Positions 38,958-47,903 of a stretch of 64,000 nucleotides of DNA are shown one piece after another. The position numbers were made by a program, and so were the translations under genes. How positions within the stretch are numbered: the first letter of the stretch is position 1; each line of letters opens with the position of its first letter. Location: assembly GCA_023139045.1 (NCBI GenBank), contig JAGLOJ010000017.1, positions 11,245 through 75,244 on the forward strand, read 5' to 3'. The notes under the pieces were generated by a model. That model made no database searches. It saw nothing but the letters and a program-made list of their open reading frames with translations, and was not told the origin of the DNA. The DNA is from Candidatus Sabulitectum sp. (GTDB lineage: Bacteria > Fermentibacterota > Fermentibacteria > Fermentibacterales > JCC-6).

Positions 38958-39821
38958 TCAAAGGAAAAGTAATAACTCATCTTTTCTCAGGCTTCTTCCT
39001 GCATATCTTTTGATCTCTGACACCAGCTGGCTGGTTACAGGGCATTCGATGCGTGATCCTGTCTCACGCAACCCGGTCAGAAAATCAATTTCAGTGGGCA
39101 ATCCCTTCTCAATATCCTGAAGCATGCTGCACCTGTTGGATGAGTGCTCCAGCAGCCATTCAAGAATCCTCCGACCTTCAGCAAGTGCTCTGCGGGATGG
39201 CATGAGCACAGCAATCTCCCGGGATAGTTTGTCTATCAGTGGACGCAATCCCGCTTCGACAATTCTGTTGTTCTCAAGCCCTGTGAGAGCACCAATGGGA
39301 TTGATGATGCTGTTCGCATACCATTTAGCCCATCTTAACTCGCTTATGTCCCCAACCTCTTCCACAGACATCCGGGAGGAAGCGAAAATACCGGCTGCCG
39401 CACTGCCGGGTTCACAGTAAACAACTCCATCAGTAGTGAGCACTGTGATCGGATCTGTTTTTCTGAAACCCATTGACAGCACACTGTACTCCACCCTGCC
39501 GGCCAGATCTCCCCATTCTTCGTCAAGCCCCATTCCATTGGACAGGCAGATTACTTTCCCGTTACTGATTTCTTTTATGTCTGGAACAGCATCCCGTATG
39601 GAATATGCTTTCAGAGCAACTATCACAGATTCTCCGGCTGAAATTCTGTCTATAGCCGTATGAAGAATCTCTGCCGATAGCCGAAGATGACCTTCTGTAG
39701 AAAATACTCGTTTTTTCTCAGGTGTTCCCCGCGGACCCGCGAGAATTACCTCCCCGTCGGAACCGGAAAGGGCAACAGCAACTGCGATTCCCACAGCACC
39801 GTCGCCCACTACAACAAACAT
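38958..39821 (-). CDS. panE: 2-dehydropantoate 2-reductase (ketopantoate reductase)
   Basis: Rossmann N-terminus VVGDGAVGIAVA and KPR C-terminal motif SMLQDIEKGLPTEIDFLTG. Confidence 0.75.
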   Translation of the reverse strand: MFVVVGDGAVGIAVAVALSGSDGEVILAGPRGTPEKKRVFSTEGHLRLSAEILHTAIDRISAGESVIVALKAYSIRDAVPDIKEISNGKVICLSNGMGLDEEWGDLAGRVEYSVLSMGFRKTDPITVLTTDGVVYCEPGSAAAGIFASSRMSVEEVGDISELRWAKWYANSIINPIGALTGLENNRIVEAGLRPLIDKLSREIAVLMPSRRALAEGRRILEWLLEHSSNRCSMLQDIEKGLPTEIDFLTGLRETGSRIECPVTSQLVSEIKRYAGRSLRKDELLLFL

Positions 39822-39830
39822 GATCTCTGT

Positions 39831-40154
39831 TTAAACCTCGGAGTCAGCCTCTGCCGCAGGCTCCTCCTCGTGGTGTACTTTGTCTCGGACGTAATCAATG
39901 GTTTCCTCCACCTTGGCACGCCCTTCGGAATAGATTTTTTCGGCTTTTCCTCTACCGTCGTGGTAGATTTTCTCTGCCTCAATTTTGCCTTTTCCGTAAA
40001 CTTCCTCACCTTTGTGATAGGTTTCTTCGGCAGTATCCCGGATTCTCTTTCTGGTTTCCTCGCCCTTTGCAGGTGCATAAAGAAGTGCAATCACTCCGCC
40101 AGCAAGCAGCCCAGCTGTAAATGCCCAGAATTCTCCCTTGCCCTTCTCGCTCAT
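39831..40154 (-). CDS. YtxH-like general-stress membrane-associated protein
   Basis: Start at ATG 40154 (GGGAGG at 6 nt). FTAGLLAGGVIALLYAPAKGEETRKRIRDTAEE matches the YtxH pattern. The longer ORF would overlap the secA stop. Confidence 0.65.
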   Translation of the reverse strand: MSEKGKGEFWAFTAGLLAGGVIALLYAPAKGEETRKRIRDTAEETYHKGEEVYGKGKIEAEKIYHDGRGKAEKIYSEGRAKVEETIDYVRDKVHHEEEPAAEADSEV

Positions 40155-40179
40155 TTGATGCCTCCCATGGAATTGCCGC

Positions 40180-43100
40180 TTACCTACCGCAGCACTGTTT
40201 GTATTTCTTCCCGCTACCACAAGGGCAGGGATCGTTCCTTCCAACTTTTTCTTCATCCCGTTTCACCGTCTGCTGTTTACCCTCAGCATTCTTGCCGGCA
40301 CCGGATCGCGCATCGCCAGTTGGAGCCCGCAAACCCGGATGAACAGCCTTTCCGGCGGGACCCGCTTGTCTTTGTATTTTAGAAGCAGGCCACAAAGATA
40401 ATATCTGCCTAACTGCCTGTTTGTCAATACCGTCAAGCAGCTCTTCGAACATGCCGAAAGCTTCTTTCTTGTACTCAACGAGAGGATCTCTCTGCGCATA
40501 AGCTCGCAGTCCAATACCTGATTTCAGATGATCCAGTGCATAGAGATGATCCCTCCACTTTGCATCAATTGAGCTGAGGACAGACCATTTCTCCAGGTCC
40601 AGAACGAGCTGATCGCCAAGTTTTTCTCTCTTTTTTCCGTAGTAATCCATGACCAGCTCAACAAGTTTCAGGCGTAACTTTTCACCATCCTGAAATTTCT
40701 CTGTTATTCCATCCAATCTGAATACCGCACCTGAAATGTCCCGCAGGCTCACAACCACACCATCCATGTTCCATTCATGCGGTTGAGAATCATCAGGGAT
40801 AAACTCCATAAGACCATGCTCTATCACAGCTTCAATCATGTCGTGGATCTCTTCATCAAGCCCGTCTCCGGTAAGAGCTTGAAGCCGCCTCTCGTAAATA
40901 ACCTCACGCTGACGATTTACAACATCATCGTATTCAAGAAGGTGCTTTCTTATCCCGAAATGGTACTGCTCAACTCGTTTTTGAGCCTGCTCAATTGACT
41001 TTGTAAGAAGGGCATGCTCAATTGGCTCGCCCTCTTTCTCCTGACTTTTCTTGAGGAAATCTATAATCTTCTCGCTGGCGAAAAGCCTGAAGAGATCATC
41101 TTCAAGGGAGAGGTAAAACCTGCTTCCACCGCGGTCACCCTGCCTGCCGCTTCTTCCCCTGAGCTGACGGTCAATCCGCCGGGATTCATGCCTCTCCGTA
41201 CCGATAACAAACAAACCGCCTTCGGTTTCATCACCCTCCGGCGTACTGATTACTTTAACATCTTCCGAGATCTTGATATCTGTTCCTCGTCCTGCCATGT
41301 TGGTTGCTATGGTAACAGAACCCTTCTGACCGGCTCTGGTAATGATTTCAGCTTCCTGCTGATGGTGCTTTGCATTCAAAACGCTGTGAATGATCTTTCT
41401 TCTCTTCAGAAGCTTTGACAGCAGTTCAGAAACTTCCACGGAAACTGTACCGACAAGCACTGGCTGCCCCATTGCATGCCTTCTGGCGATCTCGTCAATT
41501 ATCGCACCGTATTTCTCGCGCTTTGAACCATAAACCCTGTCATTATGATCAATTCTCGCTATAGGTTTGTTGGTAGGTACAACAGCAACATCAATGTTGT
41601 AAATACTGCCGAATTCCTCAGCTTCAGTTTCCGCTGTACCTGTCATTCCGGCGAGCTTGCTGTACATTCTGAAATAGTTCTGAATTGTTATTGTGGCCAG
41701 TGTCTGGGTTTCATTTCGTATCTCCACATTTTCCTTGCACTCAAGAGCCTCGTGAAGCCCGTCACTGAACCGTCTTCCCGGCATTGGCCTGCCTGTGAAC
41801 TGATCAACAATTACAACTCGACCCTCATCCAGTACATACTCCACATCTTTTTCGTAGAGCTGATAGGCTTTCAGAAGCTGATCTATGTTGTGAAGAGCTT
41901 CTGCCTTTGCGGAATGACTCTCGTATATCTGCTTTTTCTTTTCGAGCCTTTCCTGCTCCGAAATGTCCTGAACCTCAAGCTCAGCCATATCATCGCCGAT
42001 ATCTGTAATTAGGAAAAAATCGGGATCCTCCGGGGAAAGAAGTTTTCTTCCCAGATCGGAAACCGAAACAGATTTTTCCCGTTCATCAATTGCAAAGTAA
42101 AGGCCTTCATCGAGTTTATGAATATTCTTATCACGAAGCCTTTCTCCTTCAACGCGCTTTACCGCGGCAACCCTGTCCGGATCACGCATGGCCTTCGCCA
42201 GCCGGCGGTGTTTCGGTGCTCCGCGACGTGCTTTCAGATAGAGAGTTGCTGCACCGTGAAGATCTTCACTGTCCCAGAGGTCGTTGGCATCTGCAGCAAT
42301 GGAGTTAACCAGTTCCGCCTGCTTCCTGACCAGCCTGGCCACAACAGAGCGATATTCGTTGTACCTGTTTCTGTTTCTGGCAACCGGACCACTGATAATC
42401 AGTGGTGTTCTTGCCTCATCAATAAGAACACTGTCTACCTCATCGACTATGGAATAGTGGTACTTGCGCTGAACCCGCTGTTCCAACCTCACTGCCATGT
42501 TATCCCTGAGGTAATCGAATCCGAACTCGCTGTTGGTGCCGTATGTAATGTCGCAGTTATACTGTTCCCTGCGCTGATCGGGAGTCATGCCACCCCGTAT
42601 ACAGCCTACCGAAAACCCCATGAACTCGTAGATCGGACCCATCCATCTGGCATCGCGAAGAGCGAGATAATCGTTCACAGTAACCAGATGGGCTCCGGCG
42701 CCAACTGGAATACCATCAATTGGTTCAAAGACCCACTTGTCGTAATCCTCACCGAATTCCTCAAGTGCTCTTCTCTTCCAATCCGGATTAATCTCGAGGC
42801 CATTCAGATACATTGGAAGAACAGCGACAAGAGTCTTACCCTCGCCAGTTGCCATTTCTGTGATCATACCCCGGTGCAGCACAATGCCACCTTTCAGTTG
42901 AACATCATAGGGCACCATATTCCATTCCGTCGAATGGTCGCTCACATCCCAGAATGCTCCGAGGTTTCTCCGGCAGACTTCTTTTACAACGGCAAAAGCC
43001 TGAGGAAGAAGATCATCAACGATCTCTCCCTCAAGAAGCCTTATCCTGAATTCTCTGGTTTTACCTTTAAGCTCCACATCAGAAAGAGCTGAAAGCTCTG

Positions 43101-43203
43101 CAAAATTGATATTGATCTGATCCACCAGCGGCTCAAGACCTTTCATCAGCTTGGCCTGGCTGTCGCCCATAATTTTTTTGAAAAGTTTTCCAATCATCCC
43201 CAT
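40180..43203 (-). CDS. secA: Preprotein translocase ATPase SecA
   Basis: DEAD-like motor (DEVDSVLIDEARTPLIISG) and C-terminal zinc finger CPCGSGKKYKQCCG. Start set at the TAATG overlap (MGMIGKLFKKIMG), not the 27-codon upstream extension. Confidence 0.95.
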   Translation of the reverse strand: MGMIGKLFKKIMGDSQAKLMKGLEPLVDQININFAELSALSDVELKGKTREFRIRLLEGEIVDDLLPQAFAVVKEVCRRNLGAFWDVSDHSTEWNMVPYDVQLKGGIVLHRGMITEMATGEGKTLVAVLPMYLNGLEINPDWKRRALEEFGEDYDKWVFEPIDGIPVGAGAHLVTVNDYLALRDARWMGPIYEFMGFSVGCIRGGMTPDQRREQYNCDITYGTNSEFGFDYLRDNMAVRLEQRVQRKYHYSIVDEVDSVLIDEARTPLIISGPVARNRNRYNEYRSVVARLVRKQAELVNSIAADANDLWDSEDLHGAATLYLKARRGAPKHRRLAKAMRDPDRVAAVKRVEGERLRDKNIHKLDEGLYFAIDEREKSVSVSDLGRKLLSPEDPDFFLITDIGDDMAELEVQDISEQERLEKKKQIYESHSAKAEALHNIDQLLKAYQLYEKDVEYVLDEGRVVIVDQFTGRPMPGRRFSDGLHEALECKENVEIRNETQTLATITIQNYFRMYSKLAGMTGTAETEAEEFGSIYNIDVAVVPTNKPIARIDHNDRVYGSKREKYGAIIDEIARRHAMGQPVLVGTVSVEVSELLSKLLKRRKIIHSVLNAKHHQQEAEIITRAGQKGSVTIATNMAGRGTDIKISEDVKVISTPEGDETEGGLFVIGTERHESRRIDRQLRGRSGRQGDRGGSRFYLSLEDDLFRLFASEKIIDFLKKSQEKEGEPIEHALLTKSIEQAQKRVEQYHFGIRKHLLEYDDVVNRQREVIYERRLQALTGDGLDEEIHDMIEAVIEHGLMEFIPDDSQPHEWNMDGVVVSLRDISGAVFRLDGITEKFQDGEKLRLKLVELVMDYYGKKREKLGDQLVLDLEKWSVLSSIDAKWRDHLYALDHLKSGIGLRAYAQRDPLVEYKKEAFGMFEELLDGIDKQAVRQILSLWPASKIQRQAGPAGKAVHPGLRAPTGDARSGAGKNAEGKQQTVKRDEEKVGRNDPCPCGSGKKYKQCCGR

Positions 43204-43514
43204 TACGGAAATTCCTCCATGCATATTTCGGCCGTCACAAAACCGCCCGCGGTCGCTCCGGCCATATCCGCTACGAGATCCCACATCTGAAATCCGGAAC
43301 CACGCAAGCCATCACAAATTTCTTTCAACAGACCCAGCCCCACAGCAAAGACCACTGATTCTGCAGGTTCAGAAGTCACGGCAGTGGCAATAGATGAAAA
43401 TGAAGCCGAGAAAGCAAAGTGATTCCATTTATCTGAAGCAACAAAAGAACCACACCCACATCCACATGTGAACATAACAAATACGAGAGAACCGATGCAT
43501 ACAGTGAATCTCAT
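43203..43514 (-). CDS. Small putative lipoprotein, unknown function
   Basis: 103 aa with a hydrophobic N-terminus containing Cys run FTCGCGCGS. Coupled to secA (TAATG) and to the upstream TPR gene (4-nt overlap). Confidence 0.45.
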   Translation of the reverse strand: MRFTVCIGSLVFVMFTCGCGCGSFVASDKWNHFAFSASFSSIATAVTSEPAESVVFAVGLGLLKEICDGLRGSGFQMWDLVADMAGATAGGFVTAEICMEEFP

Positions 43515-44311
43515 ATTGGTTCACCGTATCCTTCAGATGTACTTGTAAACTCGTTCATCAGGTCAAGCAGAGAATCAGATTTCATCGCCCACAGGCTGTC
43601 ATTGCTCCACAGCGCAGAGGATTCTCTGAGATGCGGAACAGCGTCCATCATAAGCCCCTCCCGTATGAGATTTTTTCCGTAGAAATACAGCTTCCAGCCC
43701 AGGTCAGCTGCAGATGATGGAATTCTTCGAAGTTCAAATGCCCTTCGCGATGCCTCAATAGCCCCCTGTGAATCACCCAGAGCATCAAGAACCGATGATG
43801 TCGTCTGCCAGAATGACAATCCTGCTGAACCTGTATTCTTAAGTATCTCGAACTGAGCTGCTGCACTTTCCAACTCGGTCGCATCAATCAACTTTTCAAT
43901 GAACAGACTCCTGTAGAATTCCTCATCCGGCATAAGATCAACAGATTTTTCGATGTAACGGAGACCTGCATCCCCATGCAGTATCGAAAGCCAGCATCCA
44001 GCGTCGGCTGCAATTGAATCAATCTCACTCTCAAAAGAATTCTCAAGCCAGGCGCGAGATGGTTTTTCCTGCAGATCAAGGTCAATTTCAGCCCTGGCCA
44101 GCCTGTACCGGCATGTTCCTCCCCCGCTGACAAGGTATGAATACTCAAGAATCTTCTCCGGCTGACCGGAGAGTGACTTCAGCAGTTCAGCCAGGCATCT
44201 TTCACTGGAAGGTTGAATACTGAGGGCCGTTTCAGCATAGAACTCAGCGGAATCCGGAAGATCAAGAAGATTGTAACACCATGCAGCACGGTAAAAGGGC
44301 CACCAGTTCAA
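43511..44311 (-). CDS. TPR-like repeat protein; 5' end unresolved
   Basis: 266 aa from TTG 44311. The frame stays open for 39 more codons upstream (TAFICLFLLLSFSGG..) up to an in-frame TAG, which is the stop of the preceding gene. Confidence 0.5.
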   Translation of the reverse strand: MNWWPFYRAAWCYNLLDLPDSAEFYAETALSIQPSSERCLAELLKSLSGQPEKILEYSYLVSGGGTCRYRLARAEIDLDLQEKPSRAWLENSFESEIDSIAADAGCWLSILHGDAGLRYIEKSVDLMPDEEFYRSLFIEKLIDATELESAAAQFEILKNTGSAGLSFWQTTSSVLDALGDSQGAIEASRRAFELRRIPSSAADLGWKLYFYGKNLIREGLMMDAVPHLRESSALWSNDSLWAMKSDSLLDLMNEFTSTSEGYGEPI

Positions 44312-44428
44312 AGGTTGAATGCCGCACTGAGTACGATAGCTGTTCAGTGCGTCAAGAATGTTCCCGGACTGAACAAGAGAGTCCCCCCCGGAAAACGAAA
44401 GCAGAAGAAACAGGCAGATGAAGGCCGT

Positions 44429-44824
44429 CTAAAACCCTCCGAAATTCAGATTACTCTCTGGAAGCACACCGCGATAAGTAACAGAAAACAGAGAATTCTC
44501 TGATGGTCTCCAGTTCAACTGGAACCCCCCGAGAATTCTTCCAGTTTCCTCACCACCGGAGAACATCATCAACCTGGAATAACCCATTTCCACAGTGGCA
44601 TCGACATCGGGGTGCAGCGAAAAACTCATACTTCCCAGGTAAGTTCCCTCTCCCACAGAACCGTACTGCCCCGAAGAAAAAGAGAAACTTGCCATGCTGC
44701 TGAATTCCGGGTTGAATCCCGAGGCATAGTCGGGATAACCCACCAGATTAAAACTGGAAGGCTGAAGACCATAGGCAAATGAAACGGCAAAGACAATCAG
44801 CAAAATCAGAATACTGTTTTTCAT
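44429..44824 (-). CDS. Small secreted / outer-membrane-like protein, Cys-free, C-terminal Phe
   Basis: 131 aa. Signal peptide MKNSILILLIVFAVSFAYG, Gly/Ser/aromatic-rich alternating pattern, ends ..NLNFGGF. AGGGAG sits 8 nt before the ATG. Confidence 0.5.
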   Translation of the reverse strand: MKNSILILLIVFAVSFAYGLQPSSFNLVGYPDYASGFNPEFSSMASFSFSSGQYGSVGEGTYLGSMSFSLHPDVDATVEMGYSRLMMFSGGEETGRILGGFQLNWRPSENSLFSVTYRGVLPESNLNFGGF

Positions 44825-44851
44825 AACATAATCTCCCTGTTAATGATGCTA

Positions 44852-44880
44852 ATATTACCTATACAAACCAGGGCAGTCAA
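44852..44880 (-). promoter_or_regulatory. Sigma70-like promoter for the 44824 gene
   Basis: Minus strand reads TTGACT-N17-TAATAT about 27 nt upstream of the ATG. It separates this gene transcriptionally from the radical-SAM operon upstream. Confidence 0.4.
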
Positions 44881-44903
44881 TGTTCCATTTTCAAGAATAA
44901 CTT

Positions 44904-45308
44904 TTACCAGAACAGTCTTCTTACAATTCCGCAATGAAGCCTCACCACAAGAGACGGAGAAAGTGCCAATGGTATCAACACCGATCCGATGCTGCGATAA
45001 CTGCCCCTTCTCAGAATAGCTGTAACTCTCTTTATTCTATCTATTGAAGCAAAATGCCACTCTGCATCATCAGGACCAGACCTGTCACCGCCGGATTCAA
45101 CCACGAATTCATTGTTCGACTTTCGAACACTCAGTACCCTGTGAACCACAAACAGTTCCTCATCCGCTTTCAGGAACACCGCAATCATACCGGCCTTGAG
45201 TTCTGTTACCGGAATATTCTCTGCTTTAAGAATATCGCCGGGAATAAGGTTCGGCCACATTGAAAGCCCCTTTACCCAGCCCAGGTCTTTGTGAGTCCGG
45301 TTTCTCAT
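44904..45308 (-). CDS. SipW/ER-type (S26B-like) signal-peptidase homologue lacking an N-terminal membrane anchor
   Basis: 134 aa. Ser motif KGLSMWPNLIPGDIL, His motif FVVHRVLSV, acidic GGDRSGPDD. No hydrophobic segment precedes the catalytic Ser. 4-nt overlap with the HprK-like gene. Confidence 0.65.
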   Translation of the reverse strand: MRNRTHKDLGWVKGLSMWPNLIPGDILKAENIPVTELKAGMIAVFLKADEELFVVHRVLSVRKSNNEFVVESGGDRSGPDDAEWHFASIDRIKRVTAILRRGSYRSIGSVLIPLALSPSLVVRLHCGIVRRLFW

Positions 45309-45817
45309 GGAAGAAAAGCTTTCGGATCTTCCTGAAGCCCGTATCTGACAATGTAAACTGGAAACAACCGGAGAAGCTCTTTAAGAAATGCTTTTGCCTG
45401 CTTCTGTTCTTCCGGCAGAATGCTCCCGAGAGCCATGATTGATGAAAGCTTCACCGCACGGTAGAAAGCGTACTCCGCAGATATCCTGTATCTGAAACCC
45501 GGTGAGCCCTTTTCCACGAAGTAAATGGCTTCAAGAACAGCACCGTCTATTTTCTCTGTTCCCATGTTCTGTTTCATGGAACCGCAGGGCAGGCATCTTA
45601 CTACTCCGTCTGTTCCACGGGCAATAACAACACTGTCATCAGCAATTGCACCGTATCTCTCTCTGGTCAGCTTGCCCATAATGGTTGATTTGCCACCTCC
45701 CGACATGGCCAGAAAAACCGAAGCTGAATCATTCTCAGCCACAGAAGACGCATGAAGAACAACTCCCTCAGGAAGCACTGCCCGGAGCTGGGCTCGAAGA
45801 ATAAATCGATCCATCAT
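45305..45817 (-). CDS. Minimal HPr-kinase-related P-loop kinase
   Basis: 170 aa. P-loop FLAMSGGGKSTI and downstream GAIADDSVVIA match the HprK C-terminal catalytic domain (GxSGxGKS ... ADD). ATGA overlap with the upstream rSAM gene. Confidence 0.7.
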   Translation of the reverse strand: MMDRFILRAQLRAVLPEGVVLHASSVAENDSASVFLAMSGGGKSTIMGKLTRERYGAIADDSVVIARGTDGVVRCLPCGSMKQNMGTEKIDGAVLEAIYFVEKGSPGFRYRISAEYAFYRAVKLSSIMALGSILPEEQKQAKAFLKELLRLFPVYIVRYGLQEDPKAFLP

Positions 45818-46857
45818 CTGTCAATCAGCCTTGTTTCCGGGAAAAGGCCTGCGTCGTACGCACGCTGGCAGAGTATATCCGGGCTGGTAACTGACCCGCC
45901 TGTTTCCATGTTGTTCACCACACACTGTCCTACACATGAGTCTCTGTGCAGGCAGCGATGACAGACTCCTTCAATACTGTCAGGAAGAGAAGACCTGATC
46001 ATCTTGTACACAGGTGAATTCTCCCATGCTTCCCGTACTGAGGTCTCAGGGAACTTGCCCCAGGCCATTTCTTTTCTGGAGAAAGCAACACCGCACAGAG
46101 AGAAAGTACCGTCAGGAAGAACCCCCATAAGATTTCTTACAGGGCAGTACCCGTGGTTCTTCAGTCTATTCACTGGAAGCAGAGCCGCAGGAACAGACGG
46201 AATCACCCCCGGTGGAGTTTCTTTGTCGATCCAGGAGAAAAATTCAAGAATTTCTTCCAGAGAATTATTATCATAAAAGTTATCGCTTTTCCCTCTGCCG
46301 GATGGTGTTATGAAATTGATTTTCAGGGTGTCTGCACCTATTTTTCGAACAAGCTTGATCATGCTTTCAACAGGCTCCCGCTCAACGCTGGAGACAGACA
46401 TAATTATCTGATTGTTTATTCCGTTCTCAACAAGTTTTCCTGCAAAACATACAGTCTCTTTCCAGGCACCGCTCTGCCCCCTGAATTCGTCATGCAGCCG
46501 GGCTTCTGCGTTGTCCAGGCTCACGGAAACATGAAAAGGCTTCTTTTCTGCAAATGCTTCCCACAGCCCTTCCGGCTGCAGAGTACCATTGGTCTCTATA
46601 ACAACTTTTGGAAAGAGGTCTGCAGAGTACCTGTATAAAGGAACAATCTCGTGGAAAAGCAGCGGCTCGCCACCTGTGAATTTCAGGTAACCGCACCCCT
46701 CTGCTTTTGACTGGGAGAGCAACGCTTTCCACTCAGAGAGAGAGAGAAGCTCCCCGGTAAACGAGCCCTCGTTCACCCAGCAGTGCCTGCAGTGCAGGTT
46801 GCAGCCAGCGGCGGGATTGATGTAAAGAGCACCTAGAGCGGGCAGTTGTGATGTCAT
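45814..46857 (-). CDS. Radical SAM / SPASM-domain peptide-maturase-like protein (second of pair)
   Basis: CNLHCRHC cluster motif. C-terminal Cys-rich region (GYCPV..LPDGTFSLCG..GVCHRCLHRDSCVGQC) is typical of SPASM/twitch auxiliary clusters. Start at ATG 46857 (ATGA overlap). Confidence 0.85.
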   Translation of the reverse strand: MTSQLPALGALYINPAAGCNLHCRHCWVNEGSFTGELLSLSEWKALLSQSKAEGCGYLKFTGGEPLLFHEIVPLYRYSADLFPKVVIETNGTLQPEGLWEAFAEKKPFHVSVSLDNAEARLHDEFRGQSGAWKETVCFAGKLVENGINNQIIMSVSSVEREPVESMIKLVRKIGADTLKINFITPSGRGKSDNFYDNNSLEEILEFFSWIDKETPPGVIPSVPAALLPVNRLKNHGYCPVRNLMGVLPDGTFSLCGVAFSRKEMAWGKFPETSVREAWENSPVYKMIRSSLPDSIEGVCHRCLHRDSCVGQCVVNNMETGGSVTSPDILCQRAYDAGLFPETRLIDR

Positions 46858-47903
46858 TTTTCTCCAAGAGCCATTTTCAGGCATGAATGCTTATCAAGAC
46901 CGATATCCTGTTTCATGTTCAGCGGCTCTACCGGGCAACCACCGGTACAGAAATTCAGGTATCTGCAATCAGTGCATTCCGGATAGTCAGATCTCTTCTG
47001 ATTCATGAATTCAGTAAATCTATTCATTTCCCCGCCGGTAAGAATTTCCTCAAGAGACTGCCGGGTAATATCACCCAGTGTAAGATCTGGAAGATGGTCA
47101 CATGGAGTGACCCTGCCATCGGGGAAAACGGCAATTTTCCCCACACCCGCGCCGCATGAATATGCTCTGTCTTTTCTCTTGCGCAGCTTTCCTTCTTTGC
47201 ATTTTAGCATTATGGCCCGCATATCCAGAAGAGTTCCCTGAATTCTGCCGGGGTACTTTACAGCAAGAATACTCAGCGCTTCCGCTGCCTTATTCACCTT
47301 TGCCTGTTCAGGAACCATATCGCGATTCAGTTCCGGACCGGCAAGAAGGAAGTTGTTGAATTTAATCCAGTCAGCGCCAAGGGAAAGAGCAAATTCTGCA
47401 GTTTCAACCACCCTGTCAACGTTAAGACTTGTTGTTGTACAATAGAATCCGAAAGGTATGTCCCCCTGGCGAAGCTTTTCCACGCCCAGAACAAGTTCTT
47501 CAAAAACACCTGCACCTCTCTGGCTGTCAACAGTTTCTTTGTCGGGGCCATCAAGACTTACCATGAATTCATTGAACCTGGAAGAGTACTTCTTTATTGT
47601 TTCAATGATCTCTGTTGTTACAAGGGTTCCGTTGGTGTTAATAGAGAATCTGAAGGGTCTTCTGTACACCTCTCCAAGGAACTGAATGAAATCCGGCCTT
47701 GCAAGAGGTTCTCCTCCTGTGATGGTGAGCTTTAGAAGCTTACTCCTCTGGAGTTCATCCAGAATCTTTCTCCATGCGGAAAGAGGAAGGTCAGTGTTCA
47801 GACCACCGTAACTGGTTACAGAGCAGTGTCTGCATCTGAGGTTGCACTTACCGGTAATAAGCAGATTTGCCTCACGGGGGGAAACCCAGTAGGGAGCCAT
47901 CAA
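46854..47903 (-). CDS. Radical SAM / SPASM-domain peptide-maturase-like protein (first of pair)
   Basis: CNLRCRHC cluster motif, GGEPL SAM-binding motif, and SPASM signature SCGAGVGKIAVFPDGRVTPC...CTDCRYLNFCTGGC. 4-nt overlap with the upstream PAS gene. Confidence 0.85.
   Translation of the reverse strand: MMAPYWVSPREANLLITGKCNLRCRHCSVTSYGGLNTDLPLSAWRKILDELQRSKLLKLTITGGEPLARPDFIQFLGEVYRRPFRFSINTNGTLVTTEIIETIKKYSSRFNEFMVSLDGPDKETVDSQRGAGVFEELVLGVEKLRQGDIPFGFYCTTTSLNVDRVVETAEFALSLGADWIKFNNFLLAGPELNRDMVPEQAKVNKAAEALSILAVKYPGRIQGTLLDMRAIMLKCKEGKLRKRKDRAYSCGAGVGKIAVFPDGRVTPCDHLPDLTLGDITRQSLEEILTGGEMNRFTEFMNQKRSDYPECTDCRYLNFCTGGCPVEPLNMKQDIGLDKHSCLKMALGEK

Noticed and set aside
42118-43092. Long plus-strand ORFs lying antisense inside well-supported genes: 324 aa here inside secA; likewise 20418..21317 in uvrB, 59311..60018 in gspE/pilB, 736..1410 in the S8 protease, 13950..14588 across the GAF gene/purB, and 37127..37711 in recG.
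   Set aside because: They are shadow ORFs opposite genes with unmistakable conserved motifs. Their products are low-complexity or odd in composition, with no motifs and no ribosome-binding sites.
43204-43284. 27-codon N-terminal extension of SecA (MGSRSGYGRSDRGRF...).
   Set aside because: The canonical SecA N-terminus (MIGKLFKKIMG) begins at the TAATG overlap with the upstream gene. The extension overlaps that gene's coding region.
44429-44431. TAG reassignment (sense-codon recoding) as an explanation for the in-frame TAG between two ORFs.
   Set aside because: TAG clearly functions as a stop for well-conserved genes in this window, at the pheT (21265), caspase-fold protease (24477) and PBP1A (54792) ends. 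Genome-wide recoding is therefore not supported.
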